Source of the DNA: Octopus sinensis
Taxonomy: Eukaryota
Direction of reading: 5' to 3'
Length of the DNA stretch: 64,000 bases
Assembly (NCBI RefSeq): GCF_006345805.1
Contig: NC_042998.1
Coordinates: forward strand, 102,052,001 to 102,116,000
Position numbers and translations under genes: made by a program. The notes below the pieces were generated by a model. It was not told the origin of the DNA, searched no databases, and worked only from the letters and a program-made list of their open reading frames with translations. Shown piece after piece: positions 27,495-39,838 of the stretch; within the stretch, counting starts at the first letter, position 1; the number at the start of each line of letters is the position of its first letter.

Positions 27495-27978
27495 ATGATC
27501 TTGTATCTTCATTGGAGATAAGAAAACATCTGCAAGTTTATTCTGTATGCCATGTTTTTATAATCATGACATCATCAACAACCCAAGGACTGGAATATGT
27601 TACACCAGCACATAATGCATGTGTTCTGATGAACAAACGAAGTTCTTTCGGAGGTGGCCGGTCAACACGAGTTAAATCAGCAGGTGGTACACAGTTAATA
27701 ATTTTTTCTTCTTCATTTAGCTGTATGCTGTATTTATAAAGTACTAATTTAGGAGGCAGCCACTTCTTTTGCCCAGTATCTTTATTAGGACTGTTTTCAT
27801 CAGTATTTTCTTTATTACTTGATGGAGAACTGCAATTACTTTTAGGATTGGCCTGAATACCACATGTATCGATTCTAACAACTTTGGCCTTCACCACTTT
27901 ATCAGAAGTCTAGACTTTCAGAGAAACACATTCATTGATTGAAAGAACTTCTTGTAGCTTGAGCCAAGCTTGCCTCCT
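27495..27978 (-). pseudogene. BAZ1B: Disabled fragment of BAZ1B/WSTF (region just after the WAC domain)
   Basis: Reads QAWLKLQEVLSINECVSLKV*TSDKVVKAKVVRI...CSSPSSNKEN...KKWLPPKLVLYKYSIQLNEEEKIINCVPPADLTRVDRPPPKELRLFIRTHALCAG...PWVVDD [frameshift] NKLADVFLSP. This is collinear with human BAZ1B as I recall it ('AWLE...KVKIVKI...DSPSSDKEN...KWAPPKFLPHKYDVKLQNEDKIISNVPADSLIRTERPPNKE...FIRHNALRAG...PWVVED...SKFSDFLLDP'). In-frame TAG at 27910-27912; frameshift near 27555. Confidence 0.85.
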
Positions 27979-28017
27979 AAATTATATATATATACATGTA
28001 TATATATATATATATAT

Positions 28018-28277
28018 AAGTAATATTTATTCCCACATCAATATGGCGGTTCGACGTTAATAGCGTCTTAACCCCGGGTAAATCGTAGATCTACCGCCGG
28101 CTCGTTACCGGTGCAATCTTCACCCTGTATATATTACAAGCAGGGGAGCTAACCCCTACCATCCTCTAGCAGACAACGGTATCACGAGACCGAACGTTTT
28201 CTGGCTACTTGTGCCCATCCTCAGTCGTGAACACCCTACCCCTAGCAAATAGTAGAGATTCTCCTCAGCTCGCAATA
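28018..28277 (-). mobile_element. Short non-coding HHR-bearing element (solo pseudo-LTR / retrozyme-like) in (TA)n
   Basis: GC-richer ~260-bp island flanked by (TA)n, containing an HHR at 28182-28230. Confidence 0.7.
28182..28230 (-). ncRNA. Type I hammerhead ribozyme
   Basis: Minus strand reads tcacga-CTGAGGA-tgggcac aa gtagcca-GAAAAC-gttcg-GTC-tcgtga. Perfect 6-bp stem I; one likely substitution in stem III. Confidence 0.75.
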
Positions 28278-28919
28278 TATATATATACGAAAAAAAAGAA
28301 AGAAGCGACCATCGGACACTTATATTGCAACAAGCACACAAAAAGACTTTTCTTGTGGCGTCCCCCTTTTGTAAGTGATTACACAAATGAAAATTTAAAC
28401 TTTAAATAAGATGAGCAAAATGAAATATTAACACAAAATTGTAATATTTTATTTAAGGCTTAATTCAATTAATCATGTTCAGCTAGAAACTTTAAACCTC
28501 CCCCTATCAAGAAACATGTAGAATGTGTTTGTGTCTCTTACCGTTTGTTTTAAAAATAAATTTGAAATCTGCTCTTTTTTTTGAATAACCATGTATACCT
28601 GCTGACTCGGAAACCAATTACGTATCTCTAACTCCTGCCTCAGCTATGAAATTGGAACCTAACTGATGAATAATTATAGCACTTACGCAACATAACTATT
28701 GTTTTAGATCATCAGTGATTGGTTTAGGTCAAAATATTCTTTATACGTATATTAGTCCAGGGCTCGATTTCTTCGACTAAATGGTAGTGCTCCAGCATGT
28801 CCACAGTGAAAGTGCTTGAAGCAAGTAAGGGAAGAAAAGAATATATATATATACATATACACACGCACCTGCACAAACACACACACACACATATATCTAT
28901 CTATATATATATATATATA

Positions 28920-29159
28920 TGATAATAATTATTATTTGAGGGAATAAAATCCAAACTTACAAGGAAAAAGAATTCAATTTAGAAATCAAATTTCACACAA
29001 TATAATATATATAAAATATTAGAAAAAAAACACCTTTTATCAATTCAAAATGAATACTTAAATTACAAGAATAATATAATGCATATAATAGGTATAAAAA
29101 CGACACGTGTTTCGCTGCTATATTTAAGAAATGATTATAGTAGTAGATAAATCACTTGC

Positions 29160-29160
<1 letters not shown>
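28920..29160 (-). mobile_element. Truncated PLE pseudo-LTR with 3' half of an HHR
   Basis: GAAAC-acgt-GTC at 29102-29113(-) with a CACGTG palindrome. The CTGANGA half is missing. (TA)n on both flanks. Confidence 0.55.
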
Positions 29161-29220
<60 letters not shown>

Positions 29221-29235
29221 TCATATATGTGCATA

Positions 29236-29539
29236 CAGGGTGTCAACAAAAACACTCCCTTATTTCATGACACTATGATATCGAACGTAATTAAAATATT
29301 TTGATAAACTAGTTTAAAAGACACCTGTGGAGGGTTCTTCATTGGGCCTTGGTCCACGCATTAAATTTAATTTAACTTGATCAATATTTTTCAAGCAATG
29401 AACAATTTTCATCAAAACAATGGTATAATTCCTCGACTTGGAACTTAATGCAAAGCTGCATGATAAACAACAGTTTTCTTCTTTTCATTCAGTGGTCAGT
29501 GCAATATTTTTTTCTGTTTAACTGCTTTGTCTCTCTCTT

Positions 29540-29584
<45 letters not shown>

Positions 29585-30118
29585 TTCTGTTGATTGTTTT
29601 CAATCTATCATCATCCCCAGTACCACCACCACCACCACCATCGCCACCACAGTTATCATACACTTACGCCATCACCATCAATACCTTTGACTTCGCCGCC
29701 CTTTCCCTCCACCTGTCATTCACATCGATTATTCTCACCATTGTCCCTGATTGCTTCAGCTACGATCACCTCCACCACCACCACCATCACCACCGTCACT
29801 GTCACAACTACGGCTCATACCATTACTATCACCCCATAACAATCAAAACCGTCAAAACTACTATCGTCTGTATGCCTACTATTACTTCCACCCCAACATG
29901 AGCAGCAGTATGAGTATCAATCAATAGCAATAGAGGCGGTCGAAGTGTGACACACTGACACAAAAATTAGTTTTCGCATATGGTATCCACAGATTCGCTA
30001 ACAATAATATTTTCTTTTATTTTCAGGTGAATTACAATTTTTGACGTGAACGCAAGGCAATCCAAGATGGCCGCAAACCCACAACAATGCAGCTGGGAGT
30101 AGTTTTTGTGGACACTCT
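29236..30118. mobile_element. Non-autonomous Tc1/mariner-type element (MITE) with internal simple repeats
   Basis: TIRs CAGGGTGTCAACAAAAACACTCCC and GGGAGTAGTTTTTGTGGACACTCTA, with TA flanks. Confidence 0.7.
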
Positions 30119-30159
30119 ATATGTAAATATACGCACATGTACACAAACACAAACATTGA

Positions 30160-30800
30160 AATGGTCAAGAGGTTTCATACGTGTAAGTTATCTAAAAACA
30201 AATGAAATCCTTTGAGAAGAGGATTTACAATTTTATCAAAATATGCTACTAGTTTCAGTCTCTGAAAATCATGTATTTTAAAAACTTTTAGTAATGGTGA
30301 AGCACAAGAGAAAAGAAATTAAAATTAATTAAATTAATTTAATCATTCATGTTATCGGTTCTGCATGTTCAATTGTTTTTCTTACAAAAATCACATGATG
30401 CTGAAATTTTGTTTACTCCCGATTGTTGCTGAGTTGTCGTATCAGAGTAGCAGGACTGACTGTTAGCAGCAGTGGTAATAACAGCAGCAGCAGCAGCAGA
30501 GCCTATTTGTGCTGCAGCAGTAGTAATGATGTCAGTGTCGATAGTAGACGAGGTGTTATAACTAGTTGCAGCATTTGCTGTGATGGCATAAGCAAAAGTT
30601 CCAGTAGAGTTGGCGGTTGATATCCCATTTTGTCTTCCCCAAGTATTTAAAAGTGGCCGGTACTTGTTTATATGAGTTGTTTCTTTGCTCATGCATCACT
30701 GCCGTTTTGTGTAATCGCTAAATTAATATACATTTTCCATTATATATTGTTTTTACATTAGCAGTCTCAGTACATTCACTGACTACTTTTTGAAGATATT
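30160..30800 (-). mobile_element. Decayed PLE: GIY-YIG C-terminus plus decayed HHR (30242-30296)
   Basis: 'SKETTHINKYRPLLN' matches the GIY-YIG end motif KE..FI.KY.P.LN. Downstream: CTAAAA-agtttttaaaat..attttcagagact-GAAAC-TA-GTA. Confidence 0.5.
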
Positions 30801-33800
30801 CCTGTACACTTGCGTCAGAAATTAATTAGCACTTCTCAAATTTCTACATTAAATAGGTTAAATCAATTAACCTATGAGCTGTTCAAAACGTCTTACGCGA
30901 TGAGAAAACTTAGTATGGTGTGATTTCGGTCCTTGCGAGGTGCTACCTATATCTATTAAACAAAGGAAGATTTGTCTGCATCCGCACTCCAAGTTGTTGT
31001 TGCACTGCTATGTCAACATCATAAGGCTGTAGACACTCAAACCGCTCTGCAAACAAAGTTACGTCATCGTTCTGCGCAACAGTGAACTCGTAACAAAGCA
31101 ATAGTTCGAGATATGGCCACTAGGTGACAGCACATACCTTGAGTGAAGAGCAAATCAAGGGTGCTAATTAATTTCTGACGGTAGTGTATGTTGATATATA
31201 ATCTTATAGAGAAACGCATTGGCTCCACGATCACCATATATACAGACACACTTAAACATTCGCACACACATATATGGTGTATACATACAGATCTCTATAT
31301 ATTTATATACATATAATATATGTATGCACGTATATATTTATAAGCGCGTGTGTGCATGTGTGTGTGTTCGTGTTATTTTCCATTTTAGTGCTAGCTGGTG
31401 TTTGCTATCTGAGCTACACGGAAAGAATTTTGTTCTTTTCAATAGCGTGGGAAAAATGGGGAAAAGTGGAGGAAAAATAAGTAATTTCTGATATCTCTTT
31501 ATTGAATCCATTTAAAACCATTACATTGCAAGTATTTCATCATCATTTTGTAATGTTGCATCATCTCTGATGGTTAACAGAGTTGTTGAAGTTGAGATAA
31601 TTTGAAACAGTCAGATTACAGGTACTTTTTTCGAGAATTTATTTCCTCAACTTTGATCCCATTGCAACTGAGGTTGCTAATAAAATATCTGGATAACATT
31701 TGGTGTTCAACAATTAGTATTATTTTCTCTGCTGGATTCCAAGTCAACTTTTCTCACACTGATGTCCCATTTGATAATTTTCAAATATCAAAAATTAGAA
31801 AAGAAATAAACAATTGTCTAAAACGGGGCAACATGAGTATTGACTAATTTTAGTAATTTCTCTTTGATTTTAGGGTACGTAAATATATCATTAAAAGAGC
31901 CACTCCAGAAGATTGCGAACAAGCTATAGGGAATATGTTATTTCGCGGTGCAGCAGTAGTAATGATGTTAATGTAGTCGAGTTTCATTAAATTTCGTATC
32001 ATTTGCCGTTTTTCCATGATCCACTTTCAATTTGACCAAGATATTTTAAATTTTACTGTATTTCTCATCTTTCTGTTGTCTAAGGATGGATATTGATCAG
32101 TATGAGTCCTTTTCGAAGTATAATTCTAGAGAATTGAAGAGGGGAGTTTACCTTATCTTGTTTTTGGGCATTTTGCTCCGGCTAAATTTGTGGTTATATG
32201 CTCAGGGAAATAGTGTTCAGATTTTCTTAGAGCGATTTTAATGCATCTGGAGTTTAATTGCTTCTTGTACGACAATGAACATTGGTAATAAAAAAATACT
32301 TTTCCTCAAATTTAAAAATTCAGTAAACATTACTCATTGTGCCTGACTCCTAACAAATGCTTTTGCCTGAAAGTATTACAACAAAGTGATAATTTGCGGT
32401 TTTTAAAACACAAAGACTTAAAAAAACTGTCTAAACCGGGACAAAATGGCTATTCACTGGTTTCAATAATTTCTTCCCTTTCATTGCATGGTGCTTAACT
32501 AAATGATGAAGAGAGCCAATGATACATTCTTCTTAAGTCGTTCCAAGAGGATTTATGGTAATAAATGCAAGCATATTCAAATATATCTGAAAGGGATTTG
32601 ACATTTATCTTTTGTTGTTTAATATATGTAATGGTATGAAACGATAGTTTCAAACGCGTTGTGCATGTTGGTAGTATACGTCTAAACGAGATGTTTTCTC
32701 AAGGCAGAATAATACTGCTGCATTCTGTCACGGAGAAAAAATCTCGCTGTAGATAAACAAGCTTAAACATAACAAGTAAGTGTGAAGCGTTCCCGACCCA
32801 GATAAATGAATTTATGAAATTCTGAATAGTTTTTGTTTCTTCAGAATCGACACTAGAAAGGGACGAGCTACGAACCGACAACGACAGATCATTAATCTGA
32901 TTGAAATATAAGAGAGATTTCCCTTATATTGCAGTCAGAATACTGTGACTGGTTGTTCTAATCGGCTGCCCGACCTCAATGGAAAATTGATTTGAAGCGT
33001 TAAGCGGTGATGCTTACAAATATAAGCTTGTTACCATTTCAAATATGTCAAAAACATAGTCGAACCATAAGATAGCCATTCGATGTAATTTGAAACGGAG
33101 AAAACTTCTCGCTGTAGAAAAATAGGTGTAAAAACACCAATCAGTCCGAAATGTACCCCACCTCCAAGATCAATGGATGCATAATTTTCTTGATTTCGGA
33201 GTAGCTATCTCCTCGTCAATGTCGAATACTACGAAGCACAGCACTTCTACTGACTCGGCTACAACGAAGATTTTTCTCCATTACAAAAATACGACAAACT
33301 TTCTTATGGGTTCGAATATGTCTTAAACATATTTTAACTGGTAATAACTTTATAAACATATACATATACAGATAACAAATGATAAAATATTAAGGAGGCT
33401 TTCAGCTTAGCTTTGAAATTGTTTAGTAACCTACATGATGTAATTCGGTTGCATTAGAAGTATCATATGCAAACACAGATAAATGCATACATACGTACAC
33501 ACTACGCGTATACACACACATAGACATATGTATAGGTTTATATACACGTACACTTGTGTATTTATATACTTAGACGAGTACACACAAACATATGTATGAG
33601 TGTGTATGTGTATCTGTGTATAGATTCCTATACCGGGCGCCACAGCCTGTGGTTGCAGAGTACTTTTATTATCCGGATTTTTCAAATGAAACTTTATACC
33701 AGAAGATCAACATGGTATGTCTATATGCATGGAGCACCAACGTCTGTTGCACAGCACACCTGTCCTGTATGTCCAGAGGTAAACATATTTAGAGCTGGAC

Positions 33801-33880
33801 TGAAAATACATTTTGGACGAATGTACAAGAAACGAACTACTGCTCGTGTTGTCTTTGAGGAATTTGTTATAAGACTCGAA

Positions 33881-33975
<95 letters not shown>

Positions 33976-34462
33976 CATCTATATATCTATCTATCTGTTT
34001 GTCTATCTATCAATCTGTTTATATCTATCTATCTGTTTATCTACCCATCTCTTACTTTATTAATCTATCTACCTACTTACACATAGATTGTATGAATGGA
34101 GAGATACATTTTAACGTATGTTTGATTTATTCCCTCCTTTTCTTACTCTTAATAGATTGATGAAAACGTGTATACATTACACGACCCCAAATTAATCTAG
34201 TGCACATATGAAATGGTCGATACACTCTGATATTTTATTATCCATCTATTTGGAGAAGAATACATAGAGAAATAGCCATTTTCTTCCGTACATTCACTCT
34301 AATGGATGTCATCCGGAATTCCTATTACTAAATACTTATTTTGATATGAATGTGTGTTTCTTTTATACACTCCAATATCGTCGATGTGGGTGCCTATGTT
34401 TTAACTTCATGCCTCTTCCTTTTTATTTTCCTTCCGTTATATATATATAACGTGTGTGTGTA

Positions 34463-34504
<42 letters not shown>

Positions 34505-34589
34505 GACACACACATACACACACACGCATATATATATATATATATATATGCCTATGTATGTGTGCAATTCGTAAGAGTGTGTGCACCTG

Positions 34590-34626
<37 letters not shown>

Positions 34627-35488
34627 TTTATCAATACATAGATATCTTAACATGACAAACGTTCAGTCGGCTACGGAGAGGATGACAATATTTGGCACAA
34701 AACGAACGTATATGGTGTAAGACAATTGGTGTGAAATAAAATTTGTTGCTTAATAAGGGTAATTTCAAACTGAAGCACTTCAGAAAATAGGTTCTGAGTA
34801 CTTATATCCTCTTCTCTAGGGTGCAAACATCATCTATAGTACCACCATCATCTATTTTTTTCATAGGGCTTGTACGAGCCATCCAGACAAAATAGCCAGA
34901 TCATATCGTACTTCTCTTTCTTTTGCCCGGCCAGAGTTTAAAGATTTTTTTGCCTTTTCAGTTTCTTTATTCTAAACAAGATATGAAATATTTCCTGTGC
35001 TGCAGTATTGCAAAAGGAAAACGATAAAGAAATTGTTACAAAAGACCCTCATTTCTGGTCCAACTCATAATAATGAGAATATTTTCCCTTCAACGTCAAT
35101 AGAGATTGAAAAACCGAACAAAATGACGTTAACATCAAATTAGAGAAACATAACGGCTGAGACCTCCGTGACATATGTTCTTCATATAAATCGCACTGCC
35201 ACCATATAAACTCATTGCTACACAAATAGGTGTCTTTTATATAGCGTAAGACAGAATCAAATGAAGAAAGCGATCTTATAAACTTCATATGGTAAAAGGA
35301 AAATTTCCTGCAACCAATAGCAAACAAACCTGGATGCGTGTTGACCAACAGGATCTCCACACGTGAGTAGGCTCTGGTCACGAAAAGACATGGTCTAACC
35401 ATAAATTACCAAGTGATGCTATTAAATTACTCATGACCTGAGCTAATATTGACCGAAACATACGAAAGTTTATTTAGATTTATACACA

Positions 35489-35533
<45 letters not shown>

Positions 35534-36257
35534 ACACACACACACATACACACACACACATACATATCATGCACGTATCAGCGTGCGCACATCCTCGCTC
35601 ACGCACACACATATGTCAGGGAAGATGCTTTATTTCGAGATCTCAATAATACGCGCTGAGTTTCTCAAATCATATAAAAAGACACAGTGGTGAATATAAA
35701 CGGTAGCTCTATGTAGATAAATATATATAGGTATTCGTAGACAGTTGAACAAAAGACAGAGCAGAAAGGGCCAAGCAAGTCTATAACGAAGTAAAATGAA
35801 ATCAAATTTCTATATCAATTATTGACTATGCTTAACACCTCTTTATTCACGGATAACTAAATAAAAAAGATGCAATTTACAAAGAAATGGTAAAATTTTG
35901 TCTCAGTATGATTAAAGCAAATTATACGCACTGCTGAGTAACATTGGCATTAGAAACCAGGGAATTATGTTATGAATGTTTTGTGTAGCTAATGACCGAT
36001 GTAAAATTCTGTGGACAAGCCATTTCCGTATTTCTTGCAACGTGTTTTGTTGTAGTTTGAAGATTAGATTTTCTCTTCATTTGAATATTCTCTTTTATTA
36101 GATGGCTGTATTTATTGCCACACTACTCATGACAGTGAATCACCTTGGCATTCAAATGTGTCTCTAACCTCTAACCAAAGTACTTACAGGAATAAAATTA
36201 TATAAGATTTTCGTAGAAAAAACAATTATGTATATATGTATGTATGTATATGTCTGT

Positions 36258-36331
<74 letters not shown>

Positions 36332-36890
36332 CTCTATCTATCTCTACGTTTCCTCAATTTTTTCCATGATATCGACGCTTCGCAGTTACGAATAAGTCAG
36401 GTCTGTTTTTATTCATATCATAAAATAATCATAAAAGTGAACACTTATGAATATAATTATATGCATGAATATATGTTTGTATGTATGTATGTATGTATGT
36501 ATGTATGTATGTATGTATGTATGTATGTATGCATGTATGTATGTATGTATGTGTGTATGTATCTCTCTCTCTCTCTCTCTCTATTATTATATATATATAT
36601 ATATATTTCAACAATTGAGGGTAAAATTAATTAATTATTAATCAATTTCACCAAGTGTGTCAGTATGCAAAGGGACCATTTAAGGCGGAATTCAAATATT
36701 ACATTATATAAAAGGGCTTAGTAAAATAAATTACTTTGCCGCATACTGAACTCATTAGAAATAGCAGCTAAAAAACTTTTTTAAAACTATTTCTAATACT
36801 TAAAGAAAACCTCTCACATAAAGTGTTTGCTCAACTCAATTCACGAAAGTTTGGGGGTAAAGACATAAAAAATCAAATGCAAAGGTTATT

Positions 36891-36942
36891 TGAGAACGTA
36901 CGTTTCAAGATTAGTCAACACGACACTTCTTTCATCAGCTCA
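36891..36942 (-). ncRNA. Type I hammerhead ribozyme (intact)
   Basis: tgag-CTGATGA-aaga...tctt-GAAAC-gtac-GTT-ctca on the minus strand. Confidence 0.9.
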
Positions 36943-37874
36943 GAAACTCCTTGGTTTGGATTTGAAAACACTGAAAGTGAGAGCATACCCTTTCGGCTTC
37001 TCATCGCTTTCGAAGATCTGCTCGTAACTAACAGTGCCAACAAACTCAAATATGCAAGCGAAGAATTACTGTTCTCCCCTTTCCACCAGCGTGGGTTAAA
37101 ATCAGCAAACACTATGCTTATTTCGGTAAAATCCGAAGCATTAATTAGAGGGAGATTAATTATAATTTCAACAATTGAGGGTAAAATTAATTAATTATTA
37201 ATCAATTTCACCAAGTGTTCAGTATGCAAAGGGACCATTTAAGGCGAATTCAAATTATTACATTATATAAAAGGGCTTAGTAAAATAAATTACTTTGCCG
37301 CATACTGAACTCATTAGAAATAGCAGCTAAAAAACTTTTTAAAACTATTTCTAATACTTAAAGAAAACCTCTCTCATACTTTCTAATACTTTCTCATACT
37401 CTCTAATACTTTCGTGAGTTGAGTTGAGCAAACACTTTATGAGAGAGGTTTTCTTTAAGTATTAGAAATAGTTTTAAAAAAGTTTTTTAGCTGCTATTTC
37501 TAATGAGTTCAGTATGCGGCAAAGTAATTTATTTTACTAAGCCCTTTTATATAATGTAATAATTTGAATTCGCCTTAAATGGTCCCTTTGCATACTGAAC
37601 ACTTGGTGAAATTGATTATAATAATTAATAATTTTCCCTCAATTGTTGAAATTATAATTAATCTCCCTCTAATTAATGCTTTGGATTTTACCGAAATAAG
37701 CATTTGTGTTTGCTGATTTTAACCCACGCTGGTGGAAAGGGGAGAACAGTAATTCTTCGCTTGCATATTTGAGTTTGTTGGCACTGTTAGTTACGAGCAG
37801 ATCTTCGAAAGCGATGAGAAGCCGAAAGGGTATGCTCTCACTTTCAGTGTTTTCAAATCCAACCAAGGAGTTTC

Positions 37875-37926
37875 TGAGCTGATGAAAGAAGTGTCGTGTT
37901 GACTAATCTTGAAACGTACGTTCTCA
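37875..37926 (+). ncRNA. Type I hammerhead ribozyme (intact)
   Basis: tgag-CTGATGA-aagaagtgtcgtgttgactaatctt-GAAAC-gtac-GTT-ctca. Stem I tgag/ctca, stem II aaga/tctt, palindromic ACGTACGT stem III. Confidence 0.9.
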
Positions 37927-38107
37927 AATAACCTTTGCATTTGATTTTTTATGTCTTTACCCCCAAACTTTCGTGAGTTGAGTTGAGCAAACACTTTATG
38001 AGAGAGGTTTTCTTTAAGTATTAGAAATAGTTTTAAAAAAAGTTTTTTAGCTGCTATTTCTAATGAGGTCAGTATGCGGCAAAGTAATTTATTTTACTAA
38101 GCCCTTT

Positions 38108-38157
<50 letters not shown>

Positions 38158-38897
38158 ACCTATCTGACTCTGTCTATCTTCGTGTGTGTATATGTTTGTG
38201 CGTGTGTGCTTGTGTGTGTGTGTAAATATACACACATGTAATTCTATGTATATCAATGGGCGGATGCACTTTCACGTATACATAGTTGTGCCCGTAAGAG
38301 TATTACGTACATACATGCATGTATGTGTGTGTATATTTACAGGTCTACACCAATATGTTACCTCCCACTTAATTATCGACAGACATACACTCACACGTTG
38401 TAAACTTATTGTTAAAGCAGACGGAGGTCATCTTTCAAGCACCTTTTGGTTATTTTGGTGGTTTGAAAATTGTAATTTAATTGTGAATTCCATTTTAGAA
38501 CTGCAGCCGTAGAGAGCCAATACTCGTGATATAAAGAGGTATAAATGAGCGAAGTACAAAAAAAACTAAGTTAATAGCTTCAAGTGTATTTGTCTCGTGC
38601 TAGTATTATGATGGTCAATTTTCATTTTCTCCAAGCATTAATGTTTTAGCTTCAAACACTGGTTTTGCTTTTTTAGAAAATGTATTCAATTTAGAGATTT
38701 CCCAATGAAATATAATGATGGCTAGCGCTTAGCTTTCAAATAAGTAACATATGCTAAGGGAAATATATACATATAGTATGTATCATGTATATCTTCTTGT
38801 GCTTCAGTGACGGAACTGTATTTATTGTTTTGCACATCTTTATTTAAAGAGACACATTCGCACATACACATATGCATGCATGTATATACGTACATAC

Positions 38898-38946
<49 letters not shown>

Positions 38947-38949
38947 ATA

Positions 38950-39140
38950 TTATTATATAGAAGGAGCTTCTACAGGACTAGAACTGTTTCATTCAAGAGA
39001 AATCTTCAGTTCCTGAAGATTTCTCTTGAATGAAACAGTTCTAGTCCTGTAGAAGCTCCTTCTATATAATAAATTAATTTTACTCTGCTATGTATTGAGT
39101 ACCTTATTTACTGTGGTTAACCCCGAATCAACCCGGGACC

Positions 39141-39145
<5 letters not shown>
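38950..39145 (+). mobile_element. Perfect 60-bp-arm hairpin plus 3' tail; PLE pseudo-LTR end with HHR-like core
   Basis: 38950-39009 is the exact reverse complement of 39013-39072, with loop TTC. The right arm begins CTGAAGA-tttctcttgaat-GAAAC...GTC. (TA)n on both flanks. Confidence 0.75.
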
Positions 39146-39211
<66 letters not shown>

Positions 39212-39629
39212 CATACATACATATGCATATAAATAACAAAGGAGCAAGAAATTATGCAGGGATCTTCTTTAGCCCACAGCTGCATCTGCTATAAGATGTA
39301 ATACGCTCAGAGCTTAGTGTTTGTGCATGCCCTTATAGTTTGCACGGGGATTCTTGAATAGAATTGAACTTCATCTTAGAAGCACTGAAATATTTATAGG
39401 GCGATGCAAAATCCTTCAGCTCTGAGTGCACAGCTTCCTGTAGCAGAAACATGTGTAAGTTCCATTACATAATTTCCTGTTCCTTTGTCATTTATGTAAT
39501 TTCATATTGCCCTATGTACCCAGCTAACGCTTTATTCTGAAACATGTATATACTGAGTTCTAATACTAGCTTACCAATATCGTTATGCGTAAGTGAAATA
39601 TTAAAATATATGTAAGTTAATATGTATAT

Positions 39630-39838
39630 ATTTATGTTTATTATAATTAAAGCTACAAGACCATAACAAAAATATATCACTATAAATCTGCTACTCATAA
39701 TTTCCCGTTGCTGTTCGTCGGACAGTTTAGATTCACAATCTAAACTGTGCAAGGAACGGGAACGTGAAACGCTGAGTAGCAATGTTTAGCGATATTTTTG
39801 TGATGGTCTTGCAGCGTAATTATAATAAAGCATATTAC
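39630..39838. repeat. Imperfect ~200-bp foldback palindrome (old MITE-like)
   Basis: Nested paired arms: TTTATTATAATTA/TAATTATAATAAA, CAAGACCAT/ATGGTCTTG, TGCTACTCA/TGAGTAGCA, TTCCCGTT/AACGGGAA and ACAGTTTAGATT-cac-AATCTAAACTGT. Confidence 0.8.

Larger units (their letters stand above)
36607..38115. mobile_element. Head-to-head inverted and partial-tandem array of a ~559-bp non-coding HHR-containing monomer (retrozyme / PLE pseudo-LTR)
   Basis: 36607-36820 repeats directly at 37166-37375 (period 559). 37391-38115 is a near-identical inverted copy. One HHR per full monomer; (TA)n on both flanks. Confidence 0.85.

Noticed and set aside
36823-37194. 123-aa ORF and its inverted partners as a protein-coding gene
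   Set aside because: No recognisable motif, antisense to the HHR, and the frame is broken by indels in the second copy.
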